DNA of 64,000 nt from Octopus vulgaris (Eukaryota): positions 176,576,001-176,640,000 of the forward strand of contig OX597816.1 in NCBI GenBank assembly GCA_951406725.2, written 5' to 3'. Positions 26,311 through 39,914 of this stretch are shown here, in pieces. Within the stretch, counting starts at the first letter, position 1, and each line of letters starts with the position of its first letter. Position numbers and translations under genes: made by a program. Below the pieces are notes generated by a model. It made no database searches, was not told where the DNA came from, and was given only the letters and a program-made list of their open reading frames with translations.

Positions 26311-26899
26311 TTGATAGTTGTGGAAGGCGGTGTAAAACGTTCGCAAGTGAATAGGGTCTCTTCGTTTTCCACGAACGGCAGCGGATGTGCTGTTACAAAA
26401 CTTCATGCTGTGTTAAAAGAGAATGGATGCCCTATGTAGGCAAGAGGGGAATGAAGCATGGGTAAGTAAATATGGGTAATTTATAAAATATAGAACAATA
26501 GCATCTACTCACTATATGTCAGACTGGCAAGACTGTAGTGGTGCTGAATAGCTGAATCCCAACACAGTGGTGATGTTTTCATTGATGGGCGTTTTGATTA
26601 AATTTGTTGTATAAAATGATCTGTTGCTTAGTTTCCAAAGTGTATGTTGCGATCGTGTTGTCGCTTATGTAAACTTTAACAGTGAGAGTGGAGATGTAGG
26701 GGGTAGATGTGTCATGTACATTGGATATAGAAGATGAGGCTGGTGGTTTGATGATGAATGGATAGAAATAGAGGTGAGCGAAGGACAGGTGTTGGTTAAG
26801 TGTGAATTAATGTCATGAAACGCCTAAAAATGTAAATGCCATCATAAAAGAAAGTCGTATGTAAGTGAAATACTAACGTGTTCGAAAATGATGAAACGT

Positions 26900-28137
26900 A
26901 GTAATCCTATAAAACCTCCTTGTACACAATGTTTTTTGTTTTTCGTTGTGGAACAAATGCGAAAGCATCAGTGTTGCTGCCGACACACGTGCAGCCAACA
27001 TAAAGCTGACCATGAGAGAAACATGGCTCTCCCAAATGTATTCCCGCCACAGACAGTGTTTGACCCTGCGCTTTGTTAATTGACAATGCGAAACATGGCC
27101 TTACTGGGAACTGGGACCTCCGAAATATGAAAGGTAGGTCTGCTCCTGATGGGAAAAGATGCATCCTAGGTATGAGCACAACGTTGCCTCGACCGCACCC
27201 TGTGATAATGGTGGCCTCAATCAGATTGGGAGATAAGGACTTAACGATCAAACGTGTGCCATTACATTGTTTTGGGGGAACCAAATTTCTAACGAGCATT
27301 ATAGGGGCACCAACTTTAAGTTTGAGAATGTGTGGTGGTAGTCCGGGGGGCTCAAAGGAATTGAGTACCTCTATTGGATAGTTGATGACGTCCTCTGGGT
27401 CAAGGAGTTGTATCGATAGACTTATAGACTGTTGTAAATGAGGTCATTGTACCCGACCTCCATTGATGGATGTAGCGATTGAGCGTGACGAAGGAAATCT
27501 TCAGACATATAATCTTTGTAGGTAAGCCATAAAGAGGCGGGATCAGCCAAGTCACACCATAGTAATAGAATAGCGAAAAGCGATCTGATTTTTTTAGGAG
27601 ATTTTAATGAAACACCCTCTGCCATAGTGGCGCCCCATTGTGAATCATCCTCCAAAAGTCGACGCCGAAAACAGGCTTCGCGGAAAGTATCACATAATAC
27701 ACCATCAACAGTTCTGATGTCTTGAAAACTTTGTGGGCCTAAAACCTCATGGAGGAGAAGGTGCAGGTGAAAACACTCATGTTGGTTTGGAGGTACAGTG
27801 TAGACTCTTCCTAGAAAACTGTTAAACTTGACACCAGGATGTCCTTCAACATCCTGACCCGACTTCCTACGCACCCAATTGTTGTTTGACCACACGTAGT
27901 AGGACGGGACCTGAGGGTATAAAAGTGTTTTAGCAAATGTGTCAAGTTGGCAAAGCCTAAAGAAACCGGTCAAAGTTGTTTGTTTTGGATTTGCCGCCAA
28001 TTCAGCTGCAGTCTGTTCAGTAAAGTAAGTTCGCTGGCCATTTTCCAAATGAACTGCTAGTTGTATGATGGTGGGGTGCCTTTGGTGAAGTGGAAACCCG
28101 AATATCCGCCAAAAAGCTTCACCACTGCTTATGTACT
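26900..28137 (-). mobile_element. Helitron Rep/Pif1-helicase remnant
   Basis: CNGTRL, QFPVRPCFALSINKAQGQTL, FSHGQLYV; EAFWRIFGF, LAVHLENGQ, TTLTGFF. Confidence 0.9.
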
Positions 28138-28681
28138 GACCTTTGGAAATATGCTGTGCGTGAGAAGACCAGGCAGGACAAGTGAGTCCAGCCCACTTAT
28201 GCATGTCTCTCCTCCCTTGGACACACAAAGACCTGTTGAGGCAAGCGAAGTCAAAATCGAACCTCATCCAACGACAGGCACCCATGCCAACCCCACTTCT
28301 CTGCTTGCGAAGACCTGTTGGTGAAATCGAAATTAAACCAATCCTATGACTGGCACCCGGCAGTTGCCAGGACCCCTGGACTGGTGGTATGTAAAAAGCG
28401 CTATCCGAATTGTGGCCGATGCCAGTGTCGCATCGACTGGCTTCCATGTAGGTGGCACATAAAATACACCAATCTGACCGTGGCCGTTGCCAGCCTCGCC
28501 TGGCAAGTAAAAAGCACCCACTACACTCACGGAGTGGTTGGCGTTAGGAAGGGCATCCAGCTGTAGAAACACTGCCAGATCAGACTGGAGCCTGGTGCAG
28601 CCTTCTGGCTTCCCAGATCCCCGGTCGAACCGTCCAACCCATGCTAGCATGGAGAACGGACGTTAAACGATGATGATGATG
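28138..28681 (+). mobile_element. RTE 3' fragment
   Basis: Closely similar to 2242-2753; (GAT)n tail. Confidence 0.9.
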
Positions 28682-29646
28682 ACAACAATCAAAACAAATA
28701 CAGAATTTAGAAAACAATCGAAACAAATAGTCTTTCTCTTTCTTTTCGCAGTTTACAGTCTCTTTCTCATTCCTTTTCTCCTCCTTCCAACTCAATTATC
28801 TTTTTCAAAGATTCCTTTTCTTTTCAACAGATTACGTCCCAGAGACCCCTTTCTTTACATTCAACATCAAAGTCCAAAACACAAATCAAAACATAAATAA
28901 ACATTACCGCATGTTTCTCTCCACAACACTCAAAACAAAACCCCACTATATCAGTCCAGCTTCTTCACGTGTCTCTCTCTGTCCCTTCACTGTCATCTTC
29001 TTTACTTCCTCCGACTCATCAATTCTCACATTCACTGCCTGTCTTCCTCGCTTCGCCGCTATCATCTCCTGGCTGGCTGTCCACATCGACTGGCCACCTC
29101 TTGCCAACTCAACTCTTTTCCGGCCTCTCGCTGTCTGACCCACCAGTGCCCGTCGCATTTAAAAGGTGGAATTTTTTTTTTTTTTCCTACTTTCCCTGAC
29201 CGTTGGGATCAGAGATTACCTCCTCATTATTTTTTACCGTTGCCATTGACAGGACAAAGGATTTTTTTTTTCCTGTCATCCTGAACAACTGGAGCGCCGG
29301 TTCAACTCCAACCAACGGAACTAGGGCACAATGTTCTCCTGTTAATTTTACCTCCGTAACAATATATATGTGAGTGGATATATATATATATATAAATAAA
29401 TAAATAAAACATATGCATATATACATACATATATGTACGTACCTACATCTACATGCATATATACATGCATATATGGGTACAGGACACCAAAAAAAACGTT
29501 GAACACAATGAGAAACGAAAACATAAACACAAAACCGAGGAAATGGACATTTTTTAAACAAAGAATAAATAGTGTACGGGACATACAAACAAGGAAAATT
29601 CCTCTTCTTCAGTCACCTTAATTTCATCTACTCCACGTTTCGAAGG

Positions 29647-31621
29647 TCAGGCACTTTTTCACACAACTATCTTCATCCATTCTTATCACATGACCATACC
29701 AGCGCAAACGTCTCTCTTGCACACCACAACTGATGCTTCTTTGGTCCAGCTTTTCTCTCAAGGTACTTACACTCTGTCGAGCATGAACACTGACATTACA
29801 CATCAATTGGAGCATACTGGCTTCATTTCTTGCGAGCTTATGCATATCCTCAGCAGTCATGGCCCATGTTTCACTACCATGTAGCATAGCTGTTCGTACA
29901 CATGCATCATACAGTCTGCCTTTTACTCTGAGCGAGAGGCCTTTTCTCACCAGCAGAGGTAAGAGCTCTCTGAACTTTGGCCAGGCTATTCTTACTCTAG
30001 CAGTTACACTTTCAGCACACCCGTCTCCGCTACTGACTTGGTCACCTAGGTAATGGAAGCTATCAACTATTTCAAGTTTTTCTCCCTGGAATGTGGTGGA
30101 AGTTGGTCTCTGAGCATTTTCAGTGTTTATCGCTCCTAAGCATCTGCCACATACAAAAGCTATCTTCCTAGTTAGCTTTCTTTTGACATTACTGCACCTC
30201 TTATGTGTCCATAGCTTACACTTGGTGCACCTTATAGAGTTTCTACCTATGCCTTTTTTACAGATCGGGCAGGGCCATCTACCTGAAGGCGTTTGTGATT
30301 TGTCTACCTTCCTACTTATTAGGACTTTGGTTTTAACTAGGTTGACTCTAAGGCCCTTCGATTCTAATCCTTGCTTCCACACCTGAAACTTCTCCTCCAG
30401 TTCTGATAGTGACTCAGCAATTAGAGCAAGGTCATCAGCATAGAGGAGCTCCCAGGGGCATCCTGCCTTGAATTCCTCCGTTATTGATTGGAGGACTATG
30501 ATAAACAGGAGGGGGCTGAGGACTGAACCTTGGTGGACCCCTACCTCTACCCGGAATTCTTCACTGTACTCGTTGCCAACCCTCACCTTACTAGCAGCGT
30601 CCCTGTACATGGCTCGCACAGCTCTCACTAACCATTCATCTATCCCTAGTTTCCTCATTGACCACCAGATAAGGGATCGGGGGACCTTGTCAAAGCCTTT
30701 TTCCATGTCAACAAAAGCCAGGTACAGGGGCTTATCTTTGGCTAGATATTTCTCCTGCAGCTGTCTCACCAGGAATATGGCATCAGTGGTGCTTTTCCCT
30801 GGCACGAACCCAAACTGCATCTCATCTAAGCTAACTCTCTCTCTAATTAGTTGGGCTATGACCCTCTCCATAACCGTCATTACCTGATCCAACAGCTTGA
30901 TACCTCAGTAATTATTTGTATCTAAAGCGTCACTTTTACCTTTGTAGCAGTTGACTAGTATGCTGCTACACCAGTCATTGTGAATGACTCCTTCTTGTAT
31001 CACCTGGTTAACTATACGGGTGACTAGGCTATACCCGACACTACCAGATATTTTGAGCATCTCTGCAGTAATTCCTGATGGGCCTGGGGCTTTCCCTGTC
31101 TTCATGCTTCTAATTGCCTTAACTACCAAGGAACTATCAACTCGGATAGCTGGTCCCTCTGTTGGGTCAACATTCGGCAGACTCTCTTTATCCCATTCAT
31201 TTTCTTTATTTAGCAACCTTTCATAGTGGCGTCTCCAAACCTGTCTCTTTGCATCCTCATTTAGCGCAAGTGAACCATCATTCATGCGAACACATTTCTC
31301 TCCTACCACATCACGACTCTTTCTCACACACTGTCTTGCAACATGAAATACCTGAAGTCTTTCATCCTCACGGCTCAGAACATTGGCAAATTTTTTCTTA
31401 TCTGCTTCCCCTCTGGTTAAATACACCTGCCTCCTAGCTTCCCTTCTGGCAGTCTGATATACCTCCCTGCTACCACCGTTCTTCCAGTCCTTCCAAGCCT
31501 GTTTCTTTTGTCTAATAGCCCTGTCAACAATATTGTTCCACCACCACGTTATTTTGGGTCTTGAGGGGACTTTGCACCAACCACAGATCTGGTCAGTGGC
31601 TCTCAGCAGGTTGTCCCTAAG
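29647..31621 (-). mobile_element. RTE LINE body, truncated at both ends
   Basis: ORFs 30905-31624 and 29624-30892 with RT motifs and an intact C4HC3 finger. Confidence 0.95.
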
Positions 31622-31624
31622 CAA

Positions 31625-33219
31625 CCTCTGTATAAAAAGTATAAATACAGATATATAAGAAATATAAGTAAAAGGTATAAAGAGATAAAAAGCTTGTATG
31701 TGGACACAATATAGAAAGCAAGTTCAATCTGTAATCTCAGGGGGACCAAAAATGTAACAAATATTTGGCCACATATGGGCATGATCCGAAAATTCAGTTC
31801 TTGAATTCAGACATGTAGCGGTGTCTAAGCTGCTTTTCCAGATGAGCCATCTTTCCATATCACATAGACTGCACTTTCCACTGCCATTGGTGTAGGGCTT
31901 ACACTTAGCTAAGATCTTCCAATGGATGTTGTAACTGACACCTTTATCTTTTAATGATCATATATAACTGGATAATTTGATCGTTTTCTTTTTATCCCAG
32001 TGCCTAAAGCTCAAGGTGTGATTATTGAAACCTGGCCTTGAAATTACTCTCTGCAAGGCTCACGTATATCTTCATCGAAACCGTGTCTTTAGTGGATATA
32101 GAGTCCACAGTGGCTTCATAAATGATGGTCTTGGACATGCAAGCTCCATTTAGTGGGCACAAACTTTTATCCCTGCACGAACAGCTGGTTTCGTATTGTG
32201 GTTTTTGCATGTTGTGTGTGATTATATTTTTAGAATTGGTAGTTAAGCTGAAACTGATTTTTAAGTTGTGTCTATTGAAGAGCTTTCTGTAAGTATGGTT
32301 GACTATAAAATGTCTGTTTATCAGTGCTAAGAAATACTTGCCTATATTTAAAGTCACCTCAGATGAGTAGGGGTGTGTGAACCAAATGGTTTTCGTATTC
32401 CTATGTCTCCTCTTCTTTATTGTTGGGCTGGTGGCAGGTGTATAGGTTATTTCCTTGCTAAAACCTCTATCTTTTAGAGCCTTATTATATACTGGGGCAA
32501 CGCTATTAAAAATGTCCTTATCGGAGGAGAGGCTAGAAATTCTCTTGCTAATGTTTTTAATTAAATTTTTTAATACTATAGGGGAATGGCAGGAACCTAC
32601 ATTAATATAACTAAGTCTATCATTGGGCTTCCTATAAGGCTTATAAATGTTCTTATTTAGATCTAAGGATACGTCTAGGAAATTGACAACCACCAGGTTG
32701 GTGTCTGTAGTTATACTAAGTCCAAGGGTTTTCATCAAATGGATAATGACCGATCTTGTGCTGGTCCATTGGTATTTGTGGTTAAGGTGAGGGCATCATC
32801 TTTGTAGATGGCGAAGTATGTGTCAGGAAAGGTCTTGCCCAATGTATCGAGTAGAAATAATCCAATAAGATCGTGTATGCCTGCTCCATCATATAACCCC
32901 ATGCTCACATTGAAAGCATCCTCTGTATCGGTAGTCTTGACCAACTCTGCGTTCTTGCTGAAAAGTAAAGTCTTTCTAGCATGGAAAATTATGTCCTTAT
33001 CCTGTGTACTGATTTCTATGAAATCGCTTGTGAAGGTGAGGGTTTTATCTAGAGATAGAGGCATAAAAAACAACAATATCGAATTGTGTAAATCTCTCTT
33101 TATTCTTATTCTTAATGGCTGGCTACCGAATAATTGTCACATATTACATTTACAGATAAATTCCTTTATTTACATAATATTGAGGTCTCTTTCATTCTTT
33201 TGTTGTCTTACCATTTTTA

Positions 33220-33222
<3 letters not shown>
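31625..33222 (-). mobile_element. Penelope-like element (RT plus GIY-YIG, frameshifted) with an inverted upstream pseudo-LTR fragment
   Basis: FNVSMGLYDGA, YKDD, VNFLDVSLDL, YKPYRKPND, CPLNGAC, IIYEATV, YVSLAE..FKARF. Confidence 0.9.
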
Positions 33223-33259
<37 letters not shown>

Positions 33260-33261
<2 letters not shown>

Positions 33262-34314
33262 GGATGTAATAGGTCAACATTGCAAGTTTTATGTTTATGC
33301 CAATATATTGTGGAGTGTTTACCACTTATTTCAGTTCAATGTGACACTGCCATTTGCATTCTTTGCCAGTTCAATCTGTTTACAAAATGATGTGCATGCC
33401 TTAACTATCTCTTTCTTCTTCATTGTACTAAATGCTTGCTTGATAGAAATCATCAAAACACACAGTTGTGAAAAGTTACTTTGGATATTGCTTCAACTGC
33501 ACCCCATAGCAAAAAATCACACAGATTCAAACCTTGTGAGCTAGAGGGCCAGATATCTTTAAGGACAAACATGGGCAATTCCTTCTTCAAAATTTCTTGC
33601 GCTCTTTTTGAAGATTGGGCAGGTGCAGAGTTCTGTACAAACATGACTTGACTTGCATCATCGTGCAACAAAACTTCTAAGATTTTGAGATACTCTGCTG
33701 CGTTGATTTTAAGACCCGCTTCAATAAAATAAGGAGATGTTAATTTCCCATCACTTGCAACAGCTCTAAAGACCATAATGGAAACCAGATTCTTGCTATG
33801 CACAGCGGGAAAGGTAGTATGCTATCACTCAGGATTTTTGACAGTTTGCAACTTCGTCTACCATCAACTACTTTTCATCCTCGACAGCTTGAATGGCTTT
33901 GGAGTCAGTAGTTAGGATGTTACGGTACCTCCTCATGTACAGTTTCATGTGGAGGTCGTGTCTCACAGCCCCAGAAACAGTCATTTTACTGATTCTTCGA
34001 CCTTGGGCCAACATCACCTTCGATTTTGATGGGTTCGACTCAATCGATCTTTTAAGTCCTGCTAAGAACTGAGGTGTGTGTGTTTTCAGTCCCTGCAAGG
34101 ACTATGAGGCTTTCCCTGAACATCCTAACTTTTCTTCAAATAGGCTACAACTCTAAAAACAGTAGATTTGGTATACTTTGTGGCTCAAGCAATTTCTCGA
34201 GCACTTTCGCTGCTGGCATGGGATAATTTGGTAATACATTTCTATTGTTTAATTCTTTATTAAACAATAGAAATATACAATTAGAAATATACCCAATTTA
34301 CCTGTTACACCCTG
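33260..34314 (-). mobile_element. Decayed Tc1/mariner-superfamily element (maT/DD37D-like)
   Basis: Imperfect TIRs CAGG.TGTAA.AGGT; motifs FVQNSAPAQ and WPSSSQGLNLCDFLLW. Confidence 0.75.
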
Positions 34315-34330
34315 TATGTGTGTGTATATA

Positions 34331-34635
34331 TCACGTGATCACGTGACCGACCAGTCCATCAGATGTTGTTACACATCGCTGGTCACAATGTGTTTGCATT
34401 GTTTTAGCCTTTGAATGACGCCACCCCGCTGGCTAAGCGAGCAGGCCAACAGAAGAAAGAGTGGGAGAAAGAGTGGTGAAAGAGTACGGCAGGGATCACC
34501 ACCCCCTGCCGGAGCTTCGTGGAGCTTTTAGGTGTTTTCGCTCAATAAACACTCACAATGCCCGGTCTGGGAATCGAAACCACGATCCTACGACCGCGAG
34601 TCCGCTGCCCTAACCACTGGGCCATTGCGCCTCCA
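34331..34635 (-). mobile_element. SINE family C, tail type X
   Basis: Reverse complement of 321-620. Confidence 0.9.
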
Positions 34636-34793
<158 letters not shown>

Positions 34794-35890
34794 TACCCAT
34801 ACACACACACGTGTGTGTGGGTATAAAAAATGAATATAAACAGCTAGATGCTGTTTCCTTGAAAGAAAAATTCAGCCATCACTAAATATGACTAAGGGTG
34901 CCAAGACACATGCTTGCTAGAAATAGGAGCAAAATACTCTTTGTGCTGGTTGGAAGAATGCAAATGTATACACATACACTGACATACATTGTACTACATT
35001 ATGCACTGTATCCTTCTTTTTAAGGAGGCAGAACTGGATTTGATGAACTTGAGCCACAGTTTTCATCACTGGCACCAAAACTTGCCCAGTATGTTCAGGC
35101 TGACAATGCTATCATAAGCACTACGTGTGCATGTTTACATACTCATGCACACACAGACACATGCACACACACACACACACAAATACACATGCACACACAC
35201 ACACACACATACATGTGTGAACACATGTACACATGATTTCTCTCTCTCCCCCCCCCCCCCCACACACCCTATTTGCTGGTGCATGCACAGTTGGGTTACT
35301 GAGTTCTACTTGCATTGCCATCATGCGTGACAAGTAGACGCCTCCGTGCCACCAAATACCATTTGGATGGTTGACAGCCTTGGTCATCCATAATAATGTT
35401 ATGTTTCTAAATAATACAGAAAATGTGATATAGACAGCTAATAAATAAAATAATCTCGCCATACTTCTGAAATAACAACCAAACAGCATGGTATAACATC
35501 TAAAGCAAACACAGTATAGATTGGCTGTATGCCGCTGTCTCTCAAATTACTTTCATGAACAGAGAATAAACTGCTGTCTCTTTTTGTCTTGCTGCTTGTT
35601 ACCTGTTTTGTTATATAATTTTATGTTAACGTTATCTTCATGAGAGATTGGTAAAGGCTGATGGCATTTAGTTAGCAGTGACAATGTGACTTGATTACTA
35701 CTATGTATAAATAAACTATTTCAAACATCTGGTAAACAAGATGGTGTGGCTGTGTGATGATAAGTTTGCTTCCCAACCACATGGTTCCACTGTGTGGCAC
35801 CTTCTACTATAGCCTCAAGCTGATCAAAGTCTTGTGGGTAGATTTGGTAGGCAGAAACTGAAAGAAGCCTGTTGTATACTTGTGTATGTA

Positions 35891-35933
<43 letters not shown>

Positions 35934-35952
35934 TCATCATATATATATATAT

Positions 35953-37859
35953 ATTAGAGAGAGAGTTAGTTTAGATGAGATGCAGTTTGGGTTCGTGCCA
36001 GGGAAAAGCACCACTGATGCCATATTCCTGGTGAGACAGCTGCAGGAGAAATATCTAGCCAAAGATAAGCCCCAGTACCTGGCTTTCATTGACATGGAGA
36101 AAGTCTTTGACAGGGTCCCCCGATCCCTTATCTGGTGGTCAATGAGGAAACTAGGGATAGATGAATGGTTAGTGAGAGCTGTGCAAGCCATGTACAGGGA
36201 TGCTGCTAGTAAGGTGAGGGTTGGCAACGCGTACAGTGAAGAATTCCGGGTAAAGGTAGGGGTTCACCAAGGTTCAGTCCTCAGCCCCCTCCTATTTATC
36301 ATAGTCCTCCAGTCAATAACAGAGGAATTCAAGACAGGATGCCCCTGGGAGCTCCTCTACGCTGATGACCTTGCTCTAATTGCTGAGTCACTATCAGAAC
36401 CGGAGGAGAAGTTTCAGGTGTGGAAGCAAGGATTAGAATCGAAGGGCCTTAGAGTCAACCTAGTTAAAACCAAAGTCCTAATATGTAGGAAGGTAGACAA
36501 ATCACAAACGCCTTCAGGTAGATGGCCCTGCTCGATCTGTAGAAAAGGCGTAGGTAGAAACTCTATAAGATAGACCAAGTGTAAGCTATGGACACATAAG
36601 AGGTGCAGCAATGTCAAAGGAAGGCTAACTAGGAAGATAGTTTTTGTCTGTGGCAGATGCGCAGGAGCAATAAACACTGAAAATGCGCAGAGACCAACTT
36701 CTGCCACATTCCAGGGAGAAAAACTAGAAATAGTTGATAGTTTCCGTTACCTAGGTGACCAAGTCAGTAACGGGAGCGGGTGTGCTGAAAGTGTAACTGC
36801 TAGAGTAAGAATAGCCTGGGCAAAGTTCAGAGAGCTCTTACCTCTGTTGGTGACAAAAGGCCTCTCGCTCAGAGTAAAAGGCAGATTGTATGATGCATGT
36901 GTACGAACAGCCATGCTACATGCCAGTGAAACATGGGCTGTGACTGCTGAGTATATGTGTAAGCTCGCAAGAAATGAAACCAGTATGCTCCGATGGATGT
37001 GTAATGTCAGTGGTCATACCCGACAGAGTGTAAGTACCTTGAGAGAAAAGTTGGACCTAAGAAGCATCAGTTGTGGTGTGCAAGAGAGATGTTTGCACTG
37101 GTATGGTCATGTGGCGAGAATGGATGAAGATAGTTGTGTGAAAAAGTGCCACACCCTAGCGGTTGAGGGAACCTGTGGAAGAGGTAGACCCAGGAAAACC
37201 TGGGACAAGGTGTTGAAGCACTCGACCTTCGAACTTTAGGTCTCACCGAGGAAATGACTAGAGACCGAGACCTTTGGAAGTATGCTGTGCGTGAGAAGAC
37301 CCAGCAGGACAAGTGAGGCCATAACCCATGGCCTCAGTCCACTTATGCATACCATTCCTTCTTGGGACACAAAACTCTACTTGTGAAGACCTGTTGAGGG
37401 AAGTGATAATCAGAATGAAAATCAAAATCAAAATCGATCAACATCAATGGAAATTGTAGCTGTGATACCAGTGCCGGTGGCATGTAAGTGAACCATCCGA
37501 ATGTGGCTGTTGCCAGCGCCGCCCCGACTGGCCACCGTGCCGGTGGCACATAAAAAGCACCATCCGATTGTGGCCCTTGCCAGCCTCGCCTGGCGTCCAT
37601 GCCGGTGGCATGTAAAAAAGCACCATCCGATCGTAGCCGTTTGCCAGGCTTGTGTGGCACCTGTGCTGGTGGCACATAAAAAGCACCCACTACACTCACA
37701 GGGTGGTTGGCATTAGGAAGGGCATCCAGCCGTAGAAACATTGCCAGATCAGATTGGGTCTGGTGCAGCCTTCTGGCTTCCCAGACCCCAGTTGAACCGT
37801 GCAACCCATACTAGCATGGAAAGCGGACGCTAAATGATGATGATGATGATGATGATGAT
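35953..37859 (+). mobile_element. 5'-truncated RTE LINE with 3' UTR hairpin array and (GAT)n tail
   Basis: RT ORF with an internal stop at 36571-36573. Confidence 0.95.
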
Positions 37860-37876
37860 ATATATATGTGTGTGTG

Positions 37877-38385
37877 TATTGAAGGAAAGAAAATGGAAAA
37901 AATATGGATGTATGAATAATTTATATGTATGTTATAAAATGTTGAAAACTTCTTTTAAAAAATATAATAATACAAATAAATTGATTATAAGTTGTAAAGC
38001 TAAAAAAAAATAATAAATAAAGGAACCTACATATATGTTTCAGTACTATCCCCTAGTTGATCAGAAATTCTTATTCATCCTTCAGAGGAAAAATGATAAT
38101 CTAAATTCTATTAACTCATAATAACCCTGAAGAAATTCTACCCTATATAGTTAGAATATGATACTTTCCTTAGCATTTAACCAAATGCTTAGAATTTCTG
38201 ATCAACTAAGGGAGAGTACTGAAACATAATTTTTATTTTATTTCATTTTATTTTTTGTGAGTTTTACAACTTGTAATCAACTTATTTGTGCTGTTATGTT
38301 TTTTTAAAAGACATTTTCAACATTCTATAACATACAAATAAATTATTCATACATCCATTTTTCTCCATTTTCTTTTCCTTCAATA
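37877..38385. repeat. Fold-back element (~190-bp inverted arms), probably PLE pseudo-LTR derived
   Basis: 37877-38070 is the reverse complement of ~38190-38385. Confidence 0.75.
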
Positions 38386-39095
38386 TTGATAATATATATA
38401 ATTTCAATAATCCCAAAAATATACCAGTGACTTTCATATTATATGATAGAGATTACCCAGTGGACCATCTTGGATTATATAATCCCTAATGAAGATATAA
38501 CTTCCTCGAATTGACTCTGCGTGTGTGTGTGTGTGTGCATATGCCTTTGTGTCTGTGTTTGTTCCCCACTAGCACTTGACAACCAGTAACCAGTGTTGGT
38601 ATGTTTACATTCCTGTAACTTAGCAGTTCAGCAATAGTACCAGGCTTTAAAAAATGTACTGGGGTTGATTCATTCACCTAAAAATCTTTCATGGTGTTGC
38701 CCCAGCATAGCCACAGTCTAATGACTGAAACAAGTAAAAAGATTTTAAAAAATGATTCATCATTATGACTCAAGTCTTCAACTTTGTATAGGAGTACAAA
38801 TGATTGAATTGATTCCCTGTCTATTACTGAGATTGCTGTTCAGCCTTTTTAGATACTAACCTGTGCAAGACTACCCTTGGTTCTGTGATACAAATTTCCT
38901 GTTTTATACCCTCTAGCATTCAGATTATTCTATCAAATGTATGCAATTATCAAAGTAGCTTTGAGATGTTGATGATGTGACTGTATAGTTTTAGAATAAC
39001 ATTTTAGGGTAAATGTAAGAGGCCAAATCTTGAGTGTTTGAGCATAAAATAGGTAGAATATTTGACCCAGGTATTGCCTGTTCAAATGTTTAGGG

Positions 39096-39799
39096 AGTGG
39101 TTCCCAACTGGGGTCCATATAAGACTTCTGGGGGTCCATACAAGCAAAATAGTAAACTGAGTATGCACAGTAGTATTTTAAAAGTTCACGAAAAAATTTT
39201 CCTTTAGATGTATCCATCACAAGAAACAAAAAGATTTCTATCTCCAATGTTTTAATAATAATAATGAAATTATTGTATACAGTGCTCAGGTGCACCACAA
39301 CTTGTCAGAAAGTGCATATAAAGTACATGCAGTAATGTAGAAATGTCTGGAAAGTGAACAATGTATGAGTCAGATACATGCTTGTGTGTGTATGGAGGGG
39401 AGAAAATCAAGTGTAGTGTTGGCGAATCTCAGGAAGCATGGAAGTTTTGAAGGATGCAGTGCTCTGACAACTAACAACTGATGCTGGCAGTTTGTTCCAT
39501 GCTTCAGCAACTCTCAGCGTGAAAAAATGTTTCCTGAAGTCATGGGAGCTGTGCTGTTTTCTTACTATGTAAATATGTGTTAGATGGGTGGAGTTTGAAA
39601 AGGTGCTCAGTGTTATTGTTTGTACGATGGTTGATAATTTTATGGGTTGATAATTTTATGGTTGATAATTTTACATTGGTCAAGCTTCAGAAGTTGATGT
39701 GTGAACTGCAAAATATAAACGCTGAATGGCTAAAGGTGTCTATCAGAGTAAAATAGCAATCAAAGGGATCAAGAGGCAATAAATGGTTGAGAATCACTG
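39096..39799. mobile_element. hAT-like element with an inserted CR1-like 3' fragment (~39278-39600, minus)
   Basis: AGTGGTTCCCAAC ... GTTGAGAATCACTG; insert translates FRKHFFTLRVAEAWNKLPASVV. Confidence 0.6.
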
Positions 39800-39914
39800 T
39801 ATTAAAGGTTAAAGTGATTTAAATTAAAACCTTCCATCACAGTTTCATGTTAATTTATGGTTCAAGCTTCAGCTTATTTTACTAAATGCTTCATTATTTT
39901 CTAAATTAAGAGAA

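Noticed and set aside
27422-28447. 342-codon ORF as a novel fusion protein
   Set aside because: Chance read-through from antisense RTE UTR into the Helitron fragment
28911-29160. Charged R/E-rich minus-strand ORF, possibly the Helitron N-terminus
   Set aside because: Only compositional similarity; cannot be assigned
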